A stretch of DNA of 64,000 nt from an uncultured Candidatus Saccharibacteria bacterium (lineage in GTDB: Bacteria; Patescibacteriota; Doudnabacteria; UBA920; O2-02-FULL-48-8): contig CAZSDS010000001.1 in NCBI GenBank assembly GCA_964605735.1, positions 198,771 to 262,770 on the forward strand, read 5' to 3'. Under the pieces are notes generated by a model. That model was given only the letters and a program-made list of their open reading frames with translations. It ran no database searches and had not been told where the DNA came from. The translations under genes were made by a program, and so were the position numbers. How positions within the stretch are numbered: position 1 is the first letter of the stretch; each line of letters begins with the position of its first letter. Shown piece by piece: positions 1 to 10,690 of the stretch.

Positions 1-768
1 TGCCGCAATTCTTGTGTTGTCCCACATTTGCCACCCGCTGACAAAAGAGCTGACTGAATTGTCGTTCCAATCCCTGTTCAGCCAATAATACGCGGATATT
101 CCGATATAATCCAACGCATCCCAGAACTTGATCCGAGGCGGTTCGGTGTTATCAAAACTTTCGCCCCAATTGGCGCTATAAGTAAGTTTGCCGCCGTATA
201 TAGCCCGGACGCTGGAGATCATGTTTCGCCAGGCTTGGGTGTTGCCGGAGTTATGGTCATCAGCGCTCATGCGGATCAGCTCAGTGCCAAGCGTGAATTG
301 CTCAACTCCTGTGCTTTGCCCGATCCCGGCGTAGTGTTTTAAAATGTTCCCGTAGTTAGTGTACCAGTTGTTTCGTTCCGCACCGTTCGGGTCAATAAAG
401 GCGCGCCACTCCCCGGTAAAAAGCTCAATATGCATTTTGAAATTCACGTTCAAGCCGATTGAATGCGCAAAATTCACTCCATCTATTAGGGATTGATCAG
501 TTGGAGTATTCCATCCTCTCTGCAGGTCCGCAGAAAAACGGTTGCTTTGATAATATGGTATGACCAGGGTTACGTAGTTGGCACCAGTGGCTTTGAGGTC
601 ACGCAGTGACTGCTGGTATGGTGAGCTCCCAAAATCAGTGGTGTGTTTAGGCACCACACTGGCGCTCTTCTCCCAATTCGACACTGCCGCTTGGCTTGTT
701 TTTGGAACAACAGCAAAAGCTACAAAAAGAATTGCTGCCGGCCACAGTTTTTTCATTACTTTGAACAT
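1..768 (-). CDS. Secreted glycoside hydrolase, GH113-like TIM barrel (3' end runs off the window)
   Basis: Not in the ORF track. Translated by hand from ATG 768: MFKVMKKLWPAAILFVAFAVVPKTSQA (signal peptide), then GANYVTLVIPYYQ, FTLGTEL, YGGKLTYSANW, FWDALDYIGISAYY; open to base 1. Confidence 0.8.
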   Translation of the reverse strand, partial: MFKVMKKLWPAAILFVAFAVVPKTSQAAVSNWEKSASVVPKHTTDFGSSPYQQSLRDLKATGANYVTLVIPYYQSNRFSADLQRGWNTPTDQSLIDGVNFAHSIGLNVNFKMHIELFTGEWRAFIDPNGAERNNWYTNYGNILKHYAGIGQSTGVEQFTLGTELIRMSADDHNSGNTQAWRNMISSVRAIYGGKLTYSANWGESFDNTEPPRIKFWDALDYIGISAYYWLNRDWNDNSVSSFVSGWQMWDNTRIAA

Positions 769-906
769 ATAATTTATTTGGATAATAATTAGGTTAAACA
801 TATTATTTTGTTATTCAAACATAGGGTCAACCAGACAAAAGCGACAAAAAGCAATCGAGTCAAAATTGTTTTTTATTTTGTTTGTACATTCATGTAGAAT
901 AGAATT

Positions 907-1665
907 ATGAATATACTTAGAACCAGGTTAAAAAACGGCCTTATTGCTGAATTTTTGCCTCCTAAAACTGAATCAAGGCGGGTAGTTGTGATTTGCGACG
1001 GCTTGCCTACAGTTCCCAGTAAGAAGGGTTTGATGGAATTTCTTTCAAAGCACGGGTTTTGGGTGTTCCATCTAAGATATGGGGGCACATGGGAGAGTGA
1101 GGGAATTTTTTTGAAACATTCTCCGCATCGGGACGTCTTATATCTACTGTCACAAATAAAGACTGGCATCACTGATATTTGGGGAGGGGGGAAATATAAA
1201 GTTAAGGCTTCGCAAGTGATTGTTGTTGGGGCAAGTTTCGGCGGCACCTGTGCTTTGTTGTGTTCGCTGGACAAGAGGGTGGACAAGGTTGTTTCAATTT
1301 GCCCGGTGATTGACTGGCGTGAGATGAAAAAAACCTCGGAGCCGATTCCTGTAATGTTCAGGCTCACTAAACTCGGCTTCGGGCCGGCGTATCGTCCTGA
1401 AAAAAGAGCTGCGGAAAAACTGGCTTCCGGAAAATTCTTCAACCCGATCAATCATATTACTGAATTCAATGGGTCAAAAGTCATGCTGATTCAGGCAATG
1501 GATGATGATTTAGTGGCGCCGCAATCGACGAAAAAATTCGCCAAAGAGATTGGCGCAAAATTCATTTCCTTCAAAAAAGGCGGACATTTGAGCTCAAGAA
1601 TTTTGGGAGAACCCAAAGTTTTTAAGGAGTTTAAAAAATTTCTTAAACAAAAAACCGCCAAGTGA
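907..1665 (+). CDS. Alpha/beta hydrolase (S9-like)
   Basis: Nucleophile elbow GASFGG; DDLV acid and GGH histidine near the C-terminus. Confidence 0.85.
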   Translation: MNILRTRLKNGLIAEFLPPKTESRRVVVICDGLPTVPSKKGLMEFLSKHGFWVFHLRYGGTWESEGIFLKHSPHRDVLYLLSQIKTGITDIWGGGKYKVKASQVIVVGASFGGTCALLCSLDKRVDKVVSICPVIDWREMKKTSEPIPVMFRLTKLGFGPAYRPEKRAAEKLASGKFFNPINHITEFNGSKVMLIQAMDDDLVAPQSTKKFAKEIGAKFISFKKGGHLSSRILGEPKVFKEFKKFLKQKTAK

Positions 1666-1678
1666 GGCGGTTTTTTGT
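1647..1678. terminator. Bidirectional intrinsic terminator
   Basis: ACAAAAAACCGCC-aagtga-GGCGGTTTTTTGT between convergent genes. Confidence 0.8.
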
Positions 1679-1689
1679 CAGTCTTAACT

Positions 1690-4140
1690 TTAGAAAATTG
1701 AGGTAATTCCAAAGATTGAATGCAGGCGTGGTGAGGCCAAAATTATAAACTGCACCAATAAGGTTATCAGCACGGCCCAAACCAGTTTCAGATTCGTCTT
1801 ACGGAACCCATGGATCAGAAACGCCACAATCATCTGAAACAGGATTAACAAAGTGAATGTCCATGTTCGTGCCAGGGTCAGATTGTTAGTCATTTCATAT
1901 ACGTAGGTGTAGGCAATAAGACAACACCCAGCTACCACAACTCCGATCCCGAGCAGAAACCCAATTTGTTTGGCGGTAAACAGTGGTGCGTCTTTGGCGC
2001 GGGGTTTTTTCAAAAGTGCGTTAGCTTCTTTAGGGTCAAGGGCCAGGGCGAGAGCGGGTAGTCCGTCAGAAGCCAGGTTGATCCAGAGAATCTGAACAGG
2101 CAAGAGGGGAGCTGGCAATCCAACGATCAGGGCGAACAGGATAGTGAAAATTTCGCCGATGTTGGTGGAGATCAGATAACGAATTGCCTTATGGACATTG
2201 TCATAGATGGTACGCCCTTCCTCCACAGCGCTGACAATGGTTGCGAAATTATCATCAGTGATGACAATGTCAGCTGCTTCCTTTGCCACATCAGTTCCAG
2301 TTCTGCCCATAGCAATCCCAATTTCCGCCTGCTTTAACGCCAAAGAATCGTTTACACCATCTCCCGTTACAGCCACGTTATAATTCATCCTTTGGAAAGC
2401 TGAGACAATTCTGAGCTTGTCTTCAGGATTTGTGCGTGCAAAAACAGTGACTTTCTGGAGGACTTCGGCCAATGCTTCGTCTGTGTATTTCTCGACGTCT
2501 TTTCCGAGCACTACATGGTCACCGTCCTGAGCCAAACCAAGTTCATTGGCAATAGCCATGGCTGTGTGCTCGTTGTCTCCAGTAATCATGACAGTCCTGA
2601 TTCCTGCGCGCTTTGCCGCCATAATTGCGGGGCGGGCCTCCGGCCTTATAGGGTCAGACATAGCAACAAAACCAAGGCAGATCAGGTCAGACTCAACTTC
2701 GTCCCGTTGGTATTTTCTGGCATTAACAAGTCTGTCTTTGTAGGCGACTCCGAGCACCCGGTAGCCTTTCAGCGAAAGGTTTTCATAAGCCTGGATTAAC
2801 CGTTGCCTTGAGTCCTGGTCAAGGATTTTGACTCTGCCATCCTCAAAATGTCTGCTTGAGGATTTAATGATGTATTCCGGAGATCCTTTGACCAGCGCTT
2901 CCACTTCGCCGTTTATGTTGCAGACCACGCTCATGCTTTTGAGTTTTTGGTCAAAAGAGAATTCATCCAAAACTTTGCACTTAGTGCGGTGGATTTCGTA
3001 ATCGATTCCCAACTCTTTGGCAAAAATCAGAAGGGCGCCTTCCGTGGTGTCTCCCAGTACGGTTACCGAACCATGGTCAAATTTATAAACCAAGCCTGCT
3101 GTGTTGACCACCACCGCCACATCAACAATTTTCCTGGCATGCGTAGTTTTCAGGTGCTTGAACTCTTCGGGTGAATGCACGCCGCCGTTGAAATATATTT
3201 GGGAAACGCGCATTTCGCCCCGGGTAAGAGTGCCTGTTTTATCAGTGCAAATGACGCTGACTGAACCCAATCCTTCAATAGCCACAAGCTTCCTGACAAC
3301 CGCTTTTTTCATGGCCATGCGTTTAACGCCAACAGCCAGGGTGATCAGGATAATGGAGGGCAACCCCTCAGGTACCATGGCCACCATACTGCTGACCGCG
3401 GTAAGGAACATTTCAAAAGTGTCGTAACCAAGGTAAATACCAACGCTGAAAATAATTGCGCTTAAAATTATTGCAAGCCCGGCCAGCGTCAGAGCCAAGG
3501 CTTTGATTTGGGTTTGCAGCGGGGTGGGGGTTTCCTGCAATGAATTTAGGGTCTGGGCAATTTTCCCAAAGCGCGAATTCTTTCCGGTTGCGGAAACCGA
3601 AATTGAGGCTCTTCCGGAGGCAACAAGGGTGCCGCCCAAAACCGTATCGTGCTCAGGCTCACCAGGTTTTTTGTAAACCGGTATCGATTCTCCGGTCAGT
3701 ACAGATTCGTTAACCTCAAAGTTGTAGGCCTCCACCACCCAGCCGTCTGCAGGGACCTTATCCCCGGTTTCCAGCAAAACCAGATCGCCAGGCACCAGCT
3801 GTTCTGCGTTAATCAAAACTTCCCGGTTGTCGCGCATCACCCGAACAGAAGCGGGACTAAGCTGTTTTAATTCATGCAGAGTTTGTTCAGCTTTGTATTC
3901 CTGCCAAAAGGAAACTGCGGCATTAACAAGGACAATCCCTACAATCAATATTCCATCAGTGTAGTGATGGATGTAAATTGCGATCCCTGCGGCCGCCAGA
4001 AGCATCACATTGAGCTGGCTGAATATCTCACGGAAAATCAAAGCCAAAGCACGAAACTTTTTTTCCTTGGAAAAAGAATTTGGGCCGAATTGTTTAAGCA
4101 GTACCTTAGCTTCGTGGGTGGTTAAGCCTTTGTGTTGCAT
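1690..4140 (-). CDS. Cation-transporting P-type ATPase (P2A, Ca2+-like)
   Basis: TGES, PEGL, DKTGTLT, MITGD and GDGVND motifs. Confidence 0.95.
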   Translation of the reverse strand: MQHKGLTTHEAKVLLKQFGPNSFSKEKKFRALALIFREIFSQLNVMLLAAAGIAIYIHHYTDGILIVGIVLVNAAVSFWQEYKAEQTLHELKQLSPASVRVMRDNREVLINAEQLVPGDLVLLETGDKVPADGWVVEAYNFEVNESVLTGESIPVYKKPGEPEHDTVLGGTLVASGRASISVSATGKNSRFGKIAQTLNSLQETPTPLQTQIKALALTLAGLAIILSAIIFSVGIYLGYDTFEMFLTAVSSMVAMVPEGLPSIILITLAVGVKRMAMKKAVVRKLVAIEGLGSVSVICTDKTGTLTRGEMRVSQIYFNGGVHSPEEFKHLKTTHARKIVDVAVVVNTAGLVYKFDHGSVTVLGDTTEGALLIFAKELGIDYEIHRTKCKVLDEFSFDQKLKSMSVVCNINGEVEALVKGSPEYIIKSSSRHFEDGRVKILDQDSRQRLIQAYENLSLKGYRVLGVAYKDRLVNARKYQRDEVESDLICLGFVAMSDPIRPEARPAIMAAKRAGIRTVMITGDNEHTAMAIANELGLAQDGDHVVLGKDVEKYTDEALAEVLQKVTVFARTNPEDKLRIVSAFQRMNYNVAVTGDGVNDSLALKQAEIGIAMGRTGTDVAKEAADIVITDDNFATIVSAVEEGRTIYDNVHKAIRYLISTNIGEIFTILFALIVGLPAPLLPVQILWINLASDGLPALALALDPKEANALLKKPRAKDAPLFTAKQIGFLLGIGVVVAGCCLIAYTYVYEMTNNLTLARTWTFTLLILFQMIVAFLIHGFRKTNLKLVWAVLITLLVQFIILASPRLHSIFGITSIF

Positions 4141-4166
4141 CTGTTTATTTCTGTTTAAATTTTTGT

Positions 4167-5087
4167 TTAAACGAACACTTTTGTTTCTAAATTTTTCATG
4201 CCGTTGAGAAAGTCTGAGCCGGAAATTGGATTTTTGCCGTCTGGTTGGACTCTTACCAGTTTAAGGCTATAATCGCCGCATTTTACCAAGCAATCGCGCC
4301 CATCTTGGTAAATTTTGCCAGGTAATTCTATCTTTCCAGTTTTGACTTCTTTTGCCTCTAGTATTTTAACAGATTTTTTTTCCAGAGTTGTCCACGTGCC
4401 AGGTTCTGGGTTTAGGGCTTTAATCATCTGGGTAATTTGCCTTGCAGGCTTAGTCCAGTCAATTCTGCTGTCTTCCCGTGTCAGAAGCTTGGTATAAGTG
4501 GCTTGTTCATGGTTTTGCTCCTGGCCTTGAATTTCATTACTGAGCCACTGCGGCAAGGTCTTTGCAAGGATTACAGCAGCGGCATCAGCCAGCTTGGCAT
4601 GCAGGGTCAGATAGATATCAGATTCATCAATGGGGATGCTCAGGCTTGAAATGATGGGGCCATGATCCATTTTTTCATCCATCTGGATGACAGTCACACC
4701 AGTTTCTTTTTCGTCATTAAGCAGAGCTGTTTGGATAGGAGAAGCACCTCGATATTTTGGAAGCAGGGATGCGTGCAAGTTTATGGAACCGCGCTTAGGA
4801 ATGTCCAGGACTGATTTTGGGATAATTTGTCCATACGCGGCTACGACCATGACATCCGGAGCCAGGGCAGAGATTTGTGCTGCGGCTTCGAGAATTTTGG
4901 CCGGCTGAAGGACCGGAATATTATTTTTCATTGCCCATTCTTTGACAGGCGGAGGGGTGAGCGTTTTTTTACGTCCGACTGGTTTGTCAGGCTGGGTGAT
5001 CACGGCAACTAGTTCATACTCCTTTTTTAGCATTTCCAATGCTGGTATTCCAAATTCCGTTGTTCCTGCAAAAATTACTTTGGGCAT
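4167..5087 (-). CDS. fmt: Methionyl-tRNA formyltransferase
   Basis: TQPDKPVGR and NLHASLLPKYRGASPIQ motifs; adjacent to def. Confidence 0.97.
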   Translation of the reverse strand: MPKVIFAGTTEFGIPALEMLKKEYELVAVITQPDKPVGRKKTLTPPPVKEWAMKNNIPVLQPAKILEAAAQISALAPDVMVVAAYGQIIPKSVLDIPKRGSINLHASLLPKYRGASPIQTALLNDEKETGVTVIQMDEKMDHGPIISSLSIPIDESDIYLTLHAKLADAAAVILAKTLPQWLSNEIQGQEQNHEQATYTKLLTREDSRIDWTKPARQITQMIKALNPEPGTWTTLEKKSVKILEAKEVKTGKIELPGKIYQDGRDCLVKCGDYSLKLVRVQPDGKNPISGSDFLNGMKNLETKVFV

Positions 5088-5151
5088 TATTTTTTTCTGT
5101 TAAGTCTTTCAATAAGTTCTATGTTGAAAAGTTTCTTTTCAAAATTGTCAT

Positions 5152-5631
5152 TTACATTTTCTCGTTAGGTTGGCCTGAGGTTTGCTTGAGCATTTTGCTG
5201 GTGAACAATACGCCATCAAGGTGATCGATTTCATGCTGTATTACTCTGGCAAGAATTCCATCCGCCTCAAACTTGGTGTCGACACCTTCAATATTGGTAG
5301 CCTTTACAGTTACTTTTGCCGGCCTTTTGACAATCCCAAACAAGCCCGGAATGGATAAACAACCTTCTTCCATTTCAACTTTTTTCCATGAGCTTTTGAC
5401 GATTTTCGGGTTGATCAAAGCAAAAGGCGGCAAGCCCATGTGTTCCAAATCAATAATGCAAATCCGCAAAGACTTTCCAATCTGCGGCGCGGCCAAGCCA
5501 ATGCCGTTGGCCTTTTTGCAGGTGTCCATCATGTCTTTAACTAGCTTTAAAATCTCCGGAGTGATTTCTTTCACCGGAGAGGTTTTTTTCTCTAATATTG
5601 GGTCTGGAATTTTTACGATCTTTTGAATCAT
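5152..5631 (-). CDS. def: Peptide deformylase
   Basis: GIGLAAPQIG, EGCLS and QHEIDHLDG motifs. Confidence 0.97.
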   Translation of the reverse strand: MIQKIVKIPDPILEKKTSPVKEITPEILKLVKDMMDTCKKANGIGLAAPQIGKSLRICIIDLEHMGLPPFALINPKIVKSSWKKVEMEEGCLSIPGLFGIVKRPAKVTVKATNIEGVDTKFEADGILARVIQHEIDHLDGVLFTSKMLKQTSGQPNEKM

Positions 5632-6386
5632 TCTGGTTGTAATTGAATGGATTTAATTATTTGCCAAGCATCAGGAGTGCCGTCGGTTTTAACTAAAGCG
5701 ACTTCTGAAAAAGTAATTTGTTCCGGGAAGGGGGTGGTGAGTCTCCTGATCATTTCAGGTTTCTGCTCAGGCTTGTAGTTTCCGTAGAGCAAAGACAGGT
5801 GAGGGTCGAATTTATGTTTTGATTCTGAATCCAAAATTTTTTTGACTTTTCTTCTCAGACTGGCCAGTTCCTTGTTTTTTTCCACCGGCAGGTAAAGACT
5901 TTTAAAAAAAGACTCCTCAGTTTGGATTGGCCCTAAATTGGCGCTTAGAAATTTAACTTCTGTTACCCTGTTAAGCGGTTCCGCAGATTGCTCAAGGGGT
6001 AAATCTGCCAGCAGGGTTATATGCGCGGGAAAAGGAACGGAATTATAACTGGCAGCGAGGTTAACAATCAGCCGGTCAAACCTTTTGCGCATTTCCGGTT
6101 CAGGAAGAAGCCAGACAGAACAGCCGCGTGTAACATTTTTCTCTCGATTATACTTCTTGACCAGAAAAGCGAACAAGGCGCCGGGGTTCTGGTGTGATTT
6201 TTCTAGAACGTCGCCGGCAATTTTTCTTAATACGTTGTGGTCAACCGTCATGGCAGTTTTAAGGTAAAAGCCGAAGTGTTTGGCATCATCCAGTTTGCGG
6301 GACAGTTCGTCAGCAAGGACGTGGGTAGGGGAGTGAAGGTGCGGATCTCGTTTCGGTTTTTTGAGGTAATCTCTTGAGATCTTCAT
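5628..6386 (-). CDS. 2H cyclic phosphodiesterase with an extra N-terminal helical domain
   Basis: Two HxT/S motifs (PAHITL, PHLSLLYG) in the C-terminal ~165 aa; the ~85-aa N-terminus is unrelated. Confidence 0.75.
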   Translation of the reverse strand: MKISRDYLKKPKRDPHLHSPTHVLADELSRKLDDAKHFGFYLKTAMTVDHNVLRKIAGDVLEKSHQNPGALFAFLVKKYNREKNVTRGCSVWLLPEPEMRKRFDRLIVNLAASYNSVPFPAHITLLADLPLEQSAEPLNRVTEVKFLSANLGPIQTEESFFKSLYLPVEKNKELASLRRKVKKILDSESKHKFDPHLSLLYGNYKPEQKPEMIRRLTTPFPEQITFSEVALVKTDGTPDAWQIIKSIQLQPE

Positions 6387-6420
6387 GCCTTAATTTTAGC
6401 GGAAAATATGGTATAATTCA

Positions 6421-6957
6421 ATGGTTATGAGGATATTTACCGCGATACCATTGCCAAAGGAAGTGAAAGACAGATTTGCTGAGATCGCCCGCGGCAAATT
6501 ACCCATTCCATATGTCAGCACCAAGAACTTTCATATTACCCTGAACTTCCTGGGCGAGCTTGATTCTGAACAGTTTGCGGCAGTGCAAAAGTACTGGACG
6601 CAAGGACTGCCACCAATAAAAAAGTTTCGAATTGAGTTTGACAAGCTGGTCAAGCACCAGCACCAGATCCATATGACAGTCAAGGACAATCCTGAGCTGT
6701 TTTCCATGCAGGATATGTTACGAAAACATTTTGAAGGTCAGGGTTACAAGTTTACATATCCGAAATACTACGCCCACGTAACAATTGGCAAGATGCATAT
6801 GGATAATGTCATGAACCGTGAGCGCAAAATTGAAGATTTCCCAAACCAACAACTGGCAGAATTATCTTTTGAAGTTGACCGCATTGTTTTATTCGAAAGC
6901 AAACTGCTTTTGCATCACGCTCACCATATAGAATTAGCCGAACATAAATTAACCTAA
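6421..6957 (+). CDS. thpR: RNA 2',3'-cyclic phosphodiesterase (LigT/ThpR)
   Basis: MRIFTAI, FHITLNFLGE, AHVTIGK and LFESKL motifs; the start may be ATG 6427. Confidence 0.85.
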   Translation: MVMRIFTAIPLPKEVKDRFAEIARGKLPIPYVSTKNFHITLNFLGELDSEQFAAVQKYWTQGLPPIKKFRIEFDKLVKHQHQIHMTVKDNPELFSMQDMLRKHFEGQGYKFTYPKYYAHVTIGKMHMDNVMNRERKIEDFPNQQLAELSFEVDRIVLFESKLLLHHAHHIELAEHKLT

Positions 6958-7761
6958 ATGAAGATAGATATTGCCGGTGTAAAAGTTGATGACGTTACTG
7001 TCAGTGAAACGCTGCAATACATTTCCGAATACGTGCGCTCCGGCCAGCCGCACCATATAGTCACCACCTATTCCGAGTTTATAGTTGAGGCAAAAAACAA
7101 CCCTAAGTACTTGGAGGTTTTGAATAAAGCGGATTTGTCTGTGGCGGATGGGATTGGAATTATCTGGGCTGCAAAATTTTTGTCTTTGCCTGAGCGCGAA
7201 CCGGTAATAACATTTTTGAATTGGTTTGGGACATTGTGTTCGATTATCCTTGCACCGCAGTCACTTCGGTCAGTAATTAAAGAGCAAGTGACAGGCAGCA
7301 GGATTATCTGGGACATTGCGGAGCTTGCACAAAGAAATGATTTTAGTTTGGCTTTGGTGGGCGGATGGGGTGGTGTGGCCGAAAAAACCGCAAAAGCTTT
7401 ACAAGAAAAATTTCCGGATCTGAAGATAAATTTAGTGCATGAACCTGCAGAGTTTAACCAGGACACTGTGAACAGGATTAGCAACAGCAATTCTGATATA
7501 CTATTGATTGCTTACCAGCCTCCTAAGCAGGAAATTTGGCTCTCAGACAATCTTCAGCGGTTGAATGTAAAAGTGGCAATTGGTCTGGGAGGAACGTTTG
7601 ATTATCTGGCTGGGCTAAGGTCTCCAGCACCTTCATGGATGCATAAAATGGGTCTTGAGTGGCTCTGGAGATTAATCACACAGCCATGGCGCATCAAGCG
7701 CATGTGGCGGGCAATAGTTGAATTCAGTATTTTAATACTTCAGCAAAAGTTAAAACAATGA
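6958..7761 (+). CDS. WecB/TagA/CpsF family glycosyltransferase
   Basis: ADGIGI, PKQE, GLGGTFD and GLEWLWRL..QPWR motifs. Confidence 0.92.
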   Translation: MKIDIAGVKVDDVTVSETLQYISEYVRSGQPHHIVTTYSEFIVEAKNNPKYLEVLNKADLSVADGIGIIWAAKFLSLPEREPVITFLNWFGTLCSIILAPQSLRSVIKEQVTGSRIIWDIAELAQRNDFSLALVGGWGGVAEKTAKALQEKFPDLKINLVHEPAEFNQDTVNRISNSNSDILLIAYQPPKQEIWLSDNLQRLNVKVAIGLGGTFDYLAGLRSPAPSWMHKMGLEWLWRLITQPWRIKRMWRAIVEFSILILQQKLKQ

Positions 7762-9254
7762 GCAATAAAGTAAGGGTTAGAATGGCGCCATCCCCAACAG
7801 GGTATCTTCACATAGGGAGTTTGCGCACAGCATTATACAATTACCTCTTTGCAAAAAAAGAAGGCGGCATTTTCATTTTGCGGATTGAGGATACTGACCG
7901 TGCCAGGCTCGTCCCGGATGCCACGGAGCAAATCGTTAAGACCCTGACTGAATTTAACATGGCACCTGATGAGGGTTATGTTTGGCAGGACGGCAAGCTT
8001 GTTGAGAAAGGGGATTTCGGCCCTTACATCCAATCACAGCGGCTCGATATTTATCACAAGCATGTTCAGATGCTGATTGAAAACAAAACTGCTTATTATT
8101 GTTTCTGCACCCCGGAACGTTTGGAAGAACTTCGCCAAAGCCAGCAGGCTCAAAAACTTCCTCCAAAATACGACAAGCACTGTCTTAAATTATCACCTGA
8201 AGAAATCCAGCAAAAATTAGGTAGTGGTGAAAAACATGTTATCAGGTTGAATGTTCCAGCTGACAGGATAATGAAGTTTGATGATTTGGTTTTTGGCCAC
8301 ATAGAAATTTCAACAAATGAAGTTGATGATCAGGTTTTGATCAAATCCGACGGCTACCCAACTTACCATTTTGCTGTAGTTGTGGATGACCACCACATGC
8401 AGATCACGCATGTGTTTAGAGGTGATGAATATATTAGTTCAACACCAAAGGACTTATTGCTTTATGAGGCTTTTGGTTGGGAGCTGCCAAGATTCGTTCA
8501 CCTACCTCCAATCATTTCCAAAGTCACTAAGAAAAAACTTTCCAAGCGCGAAGGTGATGTTTCCGTTCAGTCCTTTGTCGATAAAGGATATTTGCGAGAA
8601 GCAATCATTAATTTTTTGGCATTTTTGGGTTGGAACCCAAAGACTGAGCAGGAAAAATTTACTTTGGATGAATTGATCCAGGCATTCTCTTTAGACAAAC
8701 TTAACAAAGCCGGCGCTACTTTTGATTTGGAAAAACTGGATTGGTTTAACAGCCTATATATTCGTGAAATGCCTTTAGAGGATTTGTATACGCAAATAGA
8801 ACCGTTTTTGAAACAGGCAAACTTGCCTCTTGAAAATTTTCCAAAAGAATTTATTTTGGGAATTCTTAAGCTGGAGCGAGAAAGGCTTAAGAAGTTGTCA
8901 GAAATAGGGGAGAGGGTGCAATACTTCTTCACTGACCCGCAATACGAAGGGGATTTGCTGGTTTGGAAAAAATCCAACAGGGAAGCAACGCAAAGAAATC
9001 TGCAAACAATTTATTCTTACGTACAGGAATTGCCACAGGATAAGTTCAATAAGGAATTTTTGGAAACTGAAATTAAAAAATTTATTTCCGAAAATAATTT
9101 GAACACAGGAGAAGTGCTTTGGCCTCTTAGGGTTGCCCTATCAGGTCTTCCAGCCAGCCCTAGCCCATTTGAGATCATGGGCGCCTTTGGCACCCTCCCA
9201 AACGGCAAAGAAATTATTCTAAGACGCATAAATACGGCTATCGAAAAATTGTAA
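7758..9254 (+). CDS. gltX: Glutamate--tRNA ligase
   Basis: RMAPSPTGYLHIG (HIGH) and KLSKR (KMSKS) motifs. Confidence 0.97.
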   Translation: MSNKVRVRMAPSPTGYLHIGSLRTALYNYLFAKKEGGIFILRIEDTDRARLVPDATEQIVKTLTEFNMAPDEGYVWQDGKLVEKGDFGPYIQSQRLDIYHKHVQMLIENKTAYYCFCTPERLEELRQSQQAQKLPPKYDKHCLKLSPEEIQQKLGSGEKHVIRLNVPADRIMKFDDLVFGHIEISTNEVDDQVLIKSDGYPTYHFAVVVDDHHMQITHVFRGDEYISSTPKDLLLYEAFGWELPRFVHLPPIISKVTKKKLSKREGDVSVQSFVDKGYLREAIINFLAFLGWNPKTEQEKFTLDELIQAFSLDKLNKAGATFDLEKLDWFNSLYIREMPLEDLYTQIEPFLKQANLPLENFPKEFILGILKLERERLKKLSEIGERVQYFFTDPQYEGDLLVWKKSNREATQRNLQTIYSYVQELPQDKFNKEFLETEIKKFISENNLNTGEVLWPLRVALSGLPASPSPFEIMGAFGTLPNGKEIILRRINTAIEKL

Positions 9255-9367
9255 GTTGTAACTTCCCGCTTATTATTTCGTTTTAGTATAAGACGATTGA
9301 TTCAGACGCAATTTATCCACTGAAAAGCCTTTACAAAATTTAGCTTTTGTGGTACAATGATTACGTT

Positions 9368-10678
9368 ATGAATTCAAACAAGAAACCCAAACAGATAACC
9401 AAGCAGATAAAAAGAAGAATAACAATCACAACATTGCTGATAGCGGCAATGGTTTTTGGTTTTTATTCCGATGCCACGGTTTTAGGTCAGGCTGCCGATG
9501 ACTTGGTTAAGCAAAAAGAGGCCAAGCAAAGAGAACTGCAAGCCATTACCCAGCGTGTGGCTGAGCTTCAGACGCAAATCAACCAGCGAAAATCATTGTC
9601 GCGCACCTTAAACAATGAAATTGCGATTTTGAATTTGGAAATTGCCCAGACAGAGGCGCAAATTGAAGAAACACATGCGAGAATCGACACAACAAACTTG
9701 GAAATCGCGGATGTTACAAACAACATTGTGAAGACCGAACAAGAAATTGTTAAGAACAAGGAAGTTTTGAAAAAACTCATTGCACAGATCTATGATTTGG
9801 ATCAAATGTCGCCGCTGGAAATTGCTCTTGAGAACGATAATTTTTCTGAATTCTTAAACCAAATGCAATATACGACTAACGTCCAGGAGCGCAGCCAGGA
9901 GTCTTTGAACAACATCAGAAAACTGAAAGCTGAGCTGGAGTTGCGCAGCGCTGAATTGAAAAAGCATCGCGCGGAATTGGATGCCTTGAATGAACAGCTG
10001 GAATTGACCCAGGCTGGGCTTGATGGCCAGCGAGTAGCCAAACAGCAAATTTTGGACCAGACCAGAAGCCAGGAACGAGCTTACCAGGCATTGCTTAACG
10101 AATCAGCCAACCTTGAAGAGCAGATTGAAAAAGAAATCTATGATTTGGATGCTGAGATTAGCCGCAGGCTTGGAAACCGAAAATTACCTCCTAAGAAGGG
10201 ATTGTTTATGTGGCCAATGGAAGGCACTTTGACACAGGGCTACGGCAACACAGGATTTACTTCACTTGGGTATAATTACCATAACGGTCTGGATATTGCG
10301 GCACCGGCTGGCCGACAAATATTTGCTGCTTATGATGGCGTGGTTGAAGATACAGGCACCGGACAAGGCGCTTATGGCAACTGGGTTACTATCCGCCACA
10401 CTGTGACCGGCGGGCGCCAGCTGATTACTTTGTACGCGCACATGAGCTCGTTCAAGGTTAAAAGGGGTCAAACAGTGAAGATGGGTGATCTGGTTGGTTT
10501 TGAAGGCAATACCGGAAACACTACTCGCTTGCTTTATGGACCTCACCGCGGTTACCACTTGCACTTCACAGTATTTGACGCTGAAGGTTATGGCGTAAGC
10601 AAAGGAACTTTGGTCAAACAGTTTGGCACCTATTATGTCCCTTACGGCGCAACATATAACCCAATGGACTTCCTATAA
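9368..10678 (+). CDS. Coiled-coil M23 peptidase (EnvC/CwlO-like murein hydrolase)
   Basis: Signal/TM segment, long coiled coil, HNGLD, YAHM and HLHF motifs. ATG 9368 preferred over GTG 9347. Confidence 0.9.
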   Translation: MNSNKKPKQITKQIKRRITITTLLIAAMVFGFYSDATVLGQAADDLVKQKEAKQRELQAITQRVAELQTQINQRKSLSRTLNNEIAILNLEIAQTEAQIEETHARIDTTNLEIADVTNNIVKTEQEIVKNKEVLKKLIAQIYDLDQMSPLEIALENDNFSEFLNQMQYTTNVQERSQESLNNIRKLKAELELRSAELKKHRAELDALNEQLELTQAGLDGQRVAKQQILDQTRSQERAYQALLNESANLEEQIEKEIYDLDAEISRRLGNRKLPPKKGLFMWPMEGTLTQGYGNTGFTSLGYNYHNGLDIAAPAGRQIFAAYDGVVEDTGTGQGAYGNWVTIRHTVTGGRQLITLYAHMSSFKVKRGQTVKMGDLVGFEGNTGNTTRLLYGPHRGYHLHFTVFDAEGYGVSKGTLVKQFGTYYVPYGATYNPMDFL

Positions 10679-10690
10679 AAAAGAAATTTA

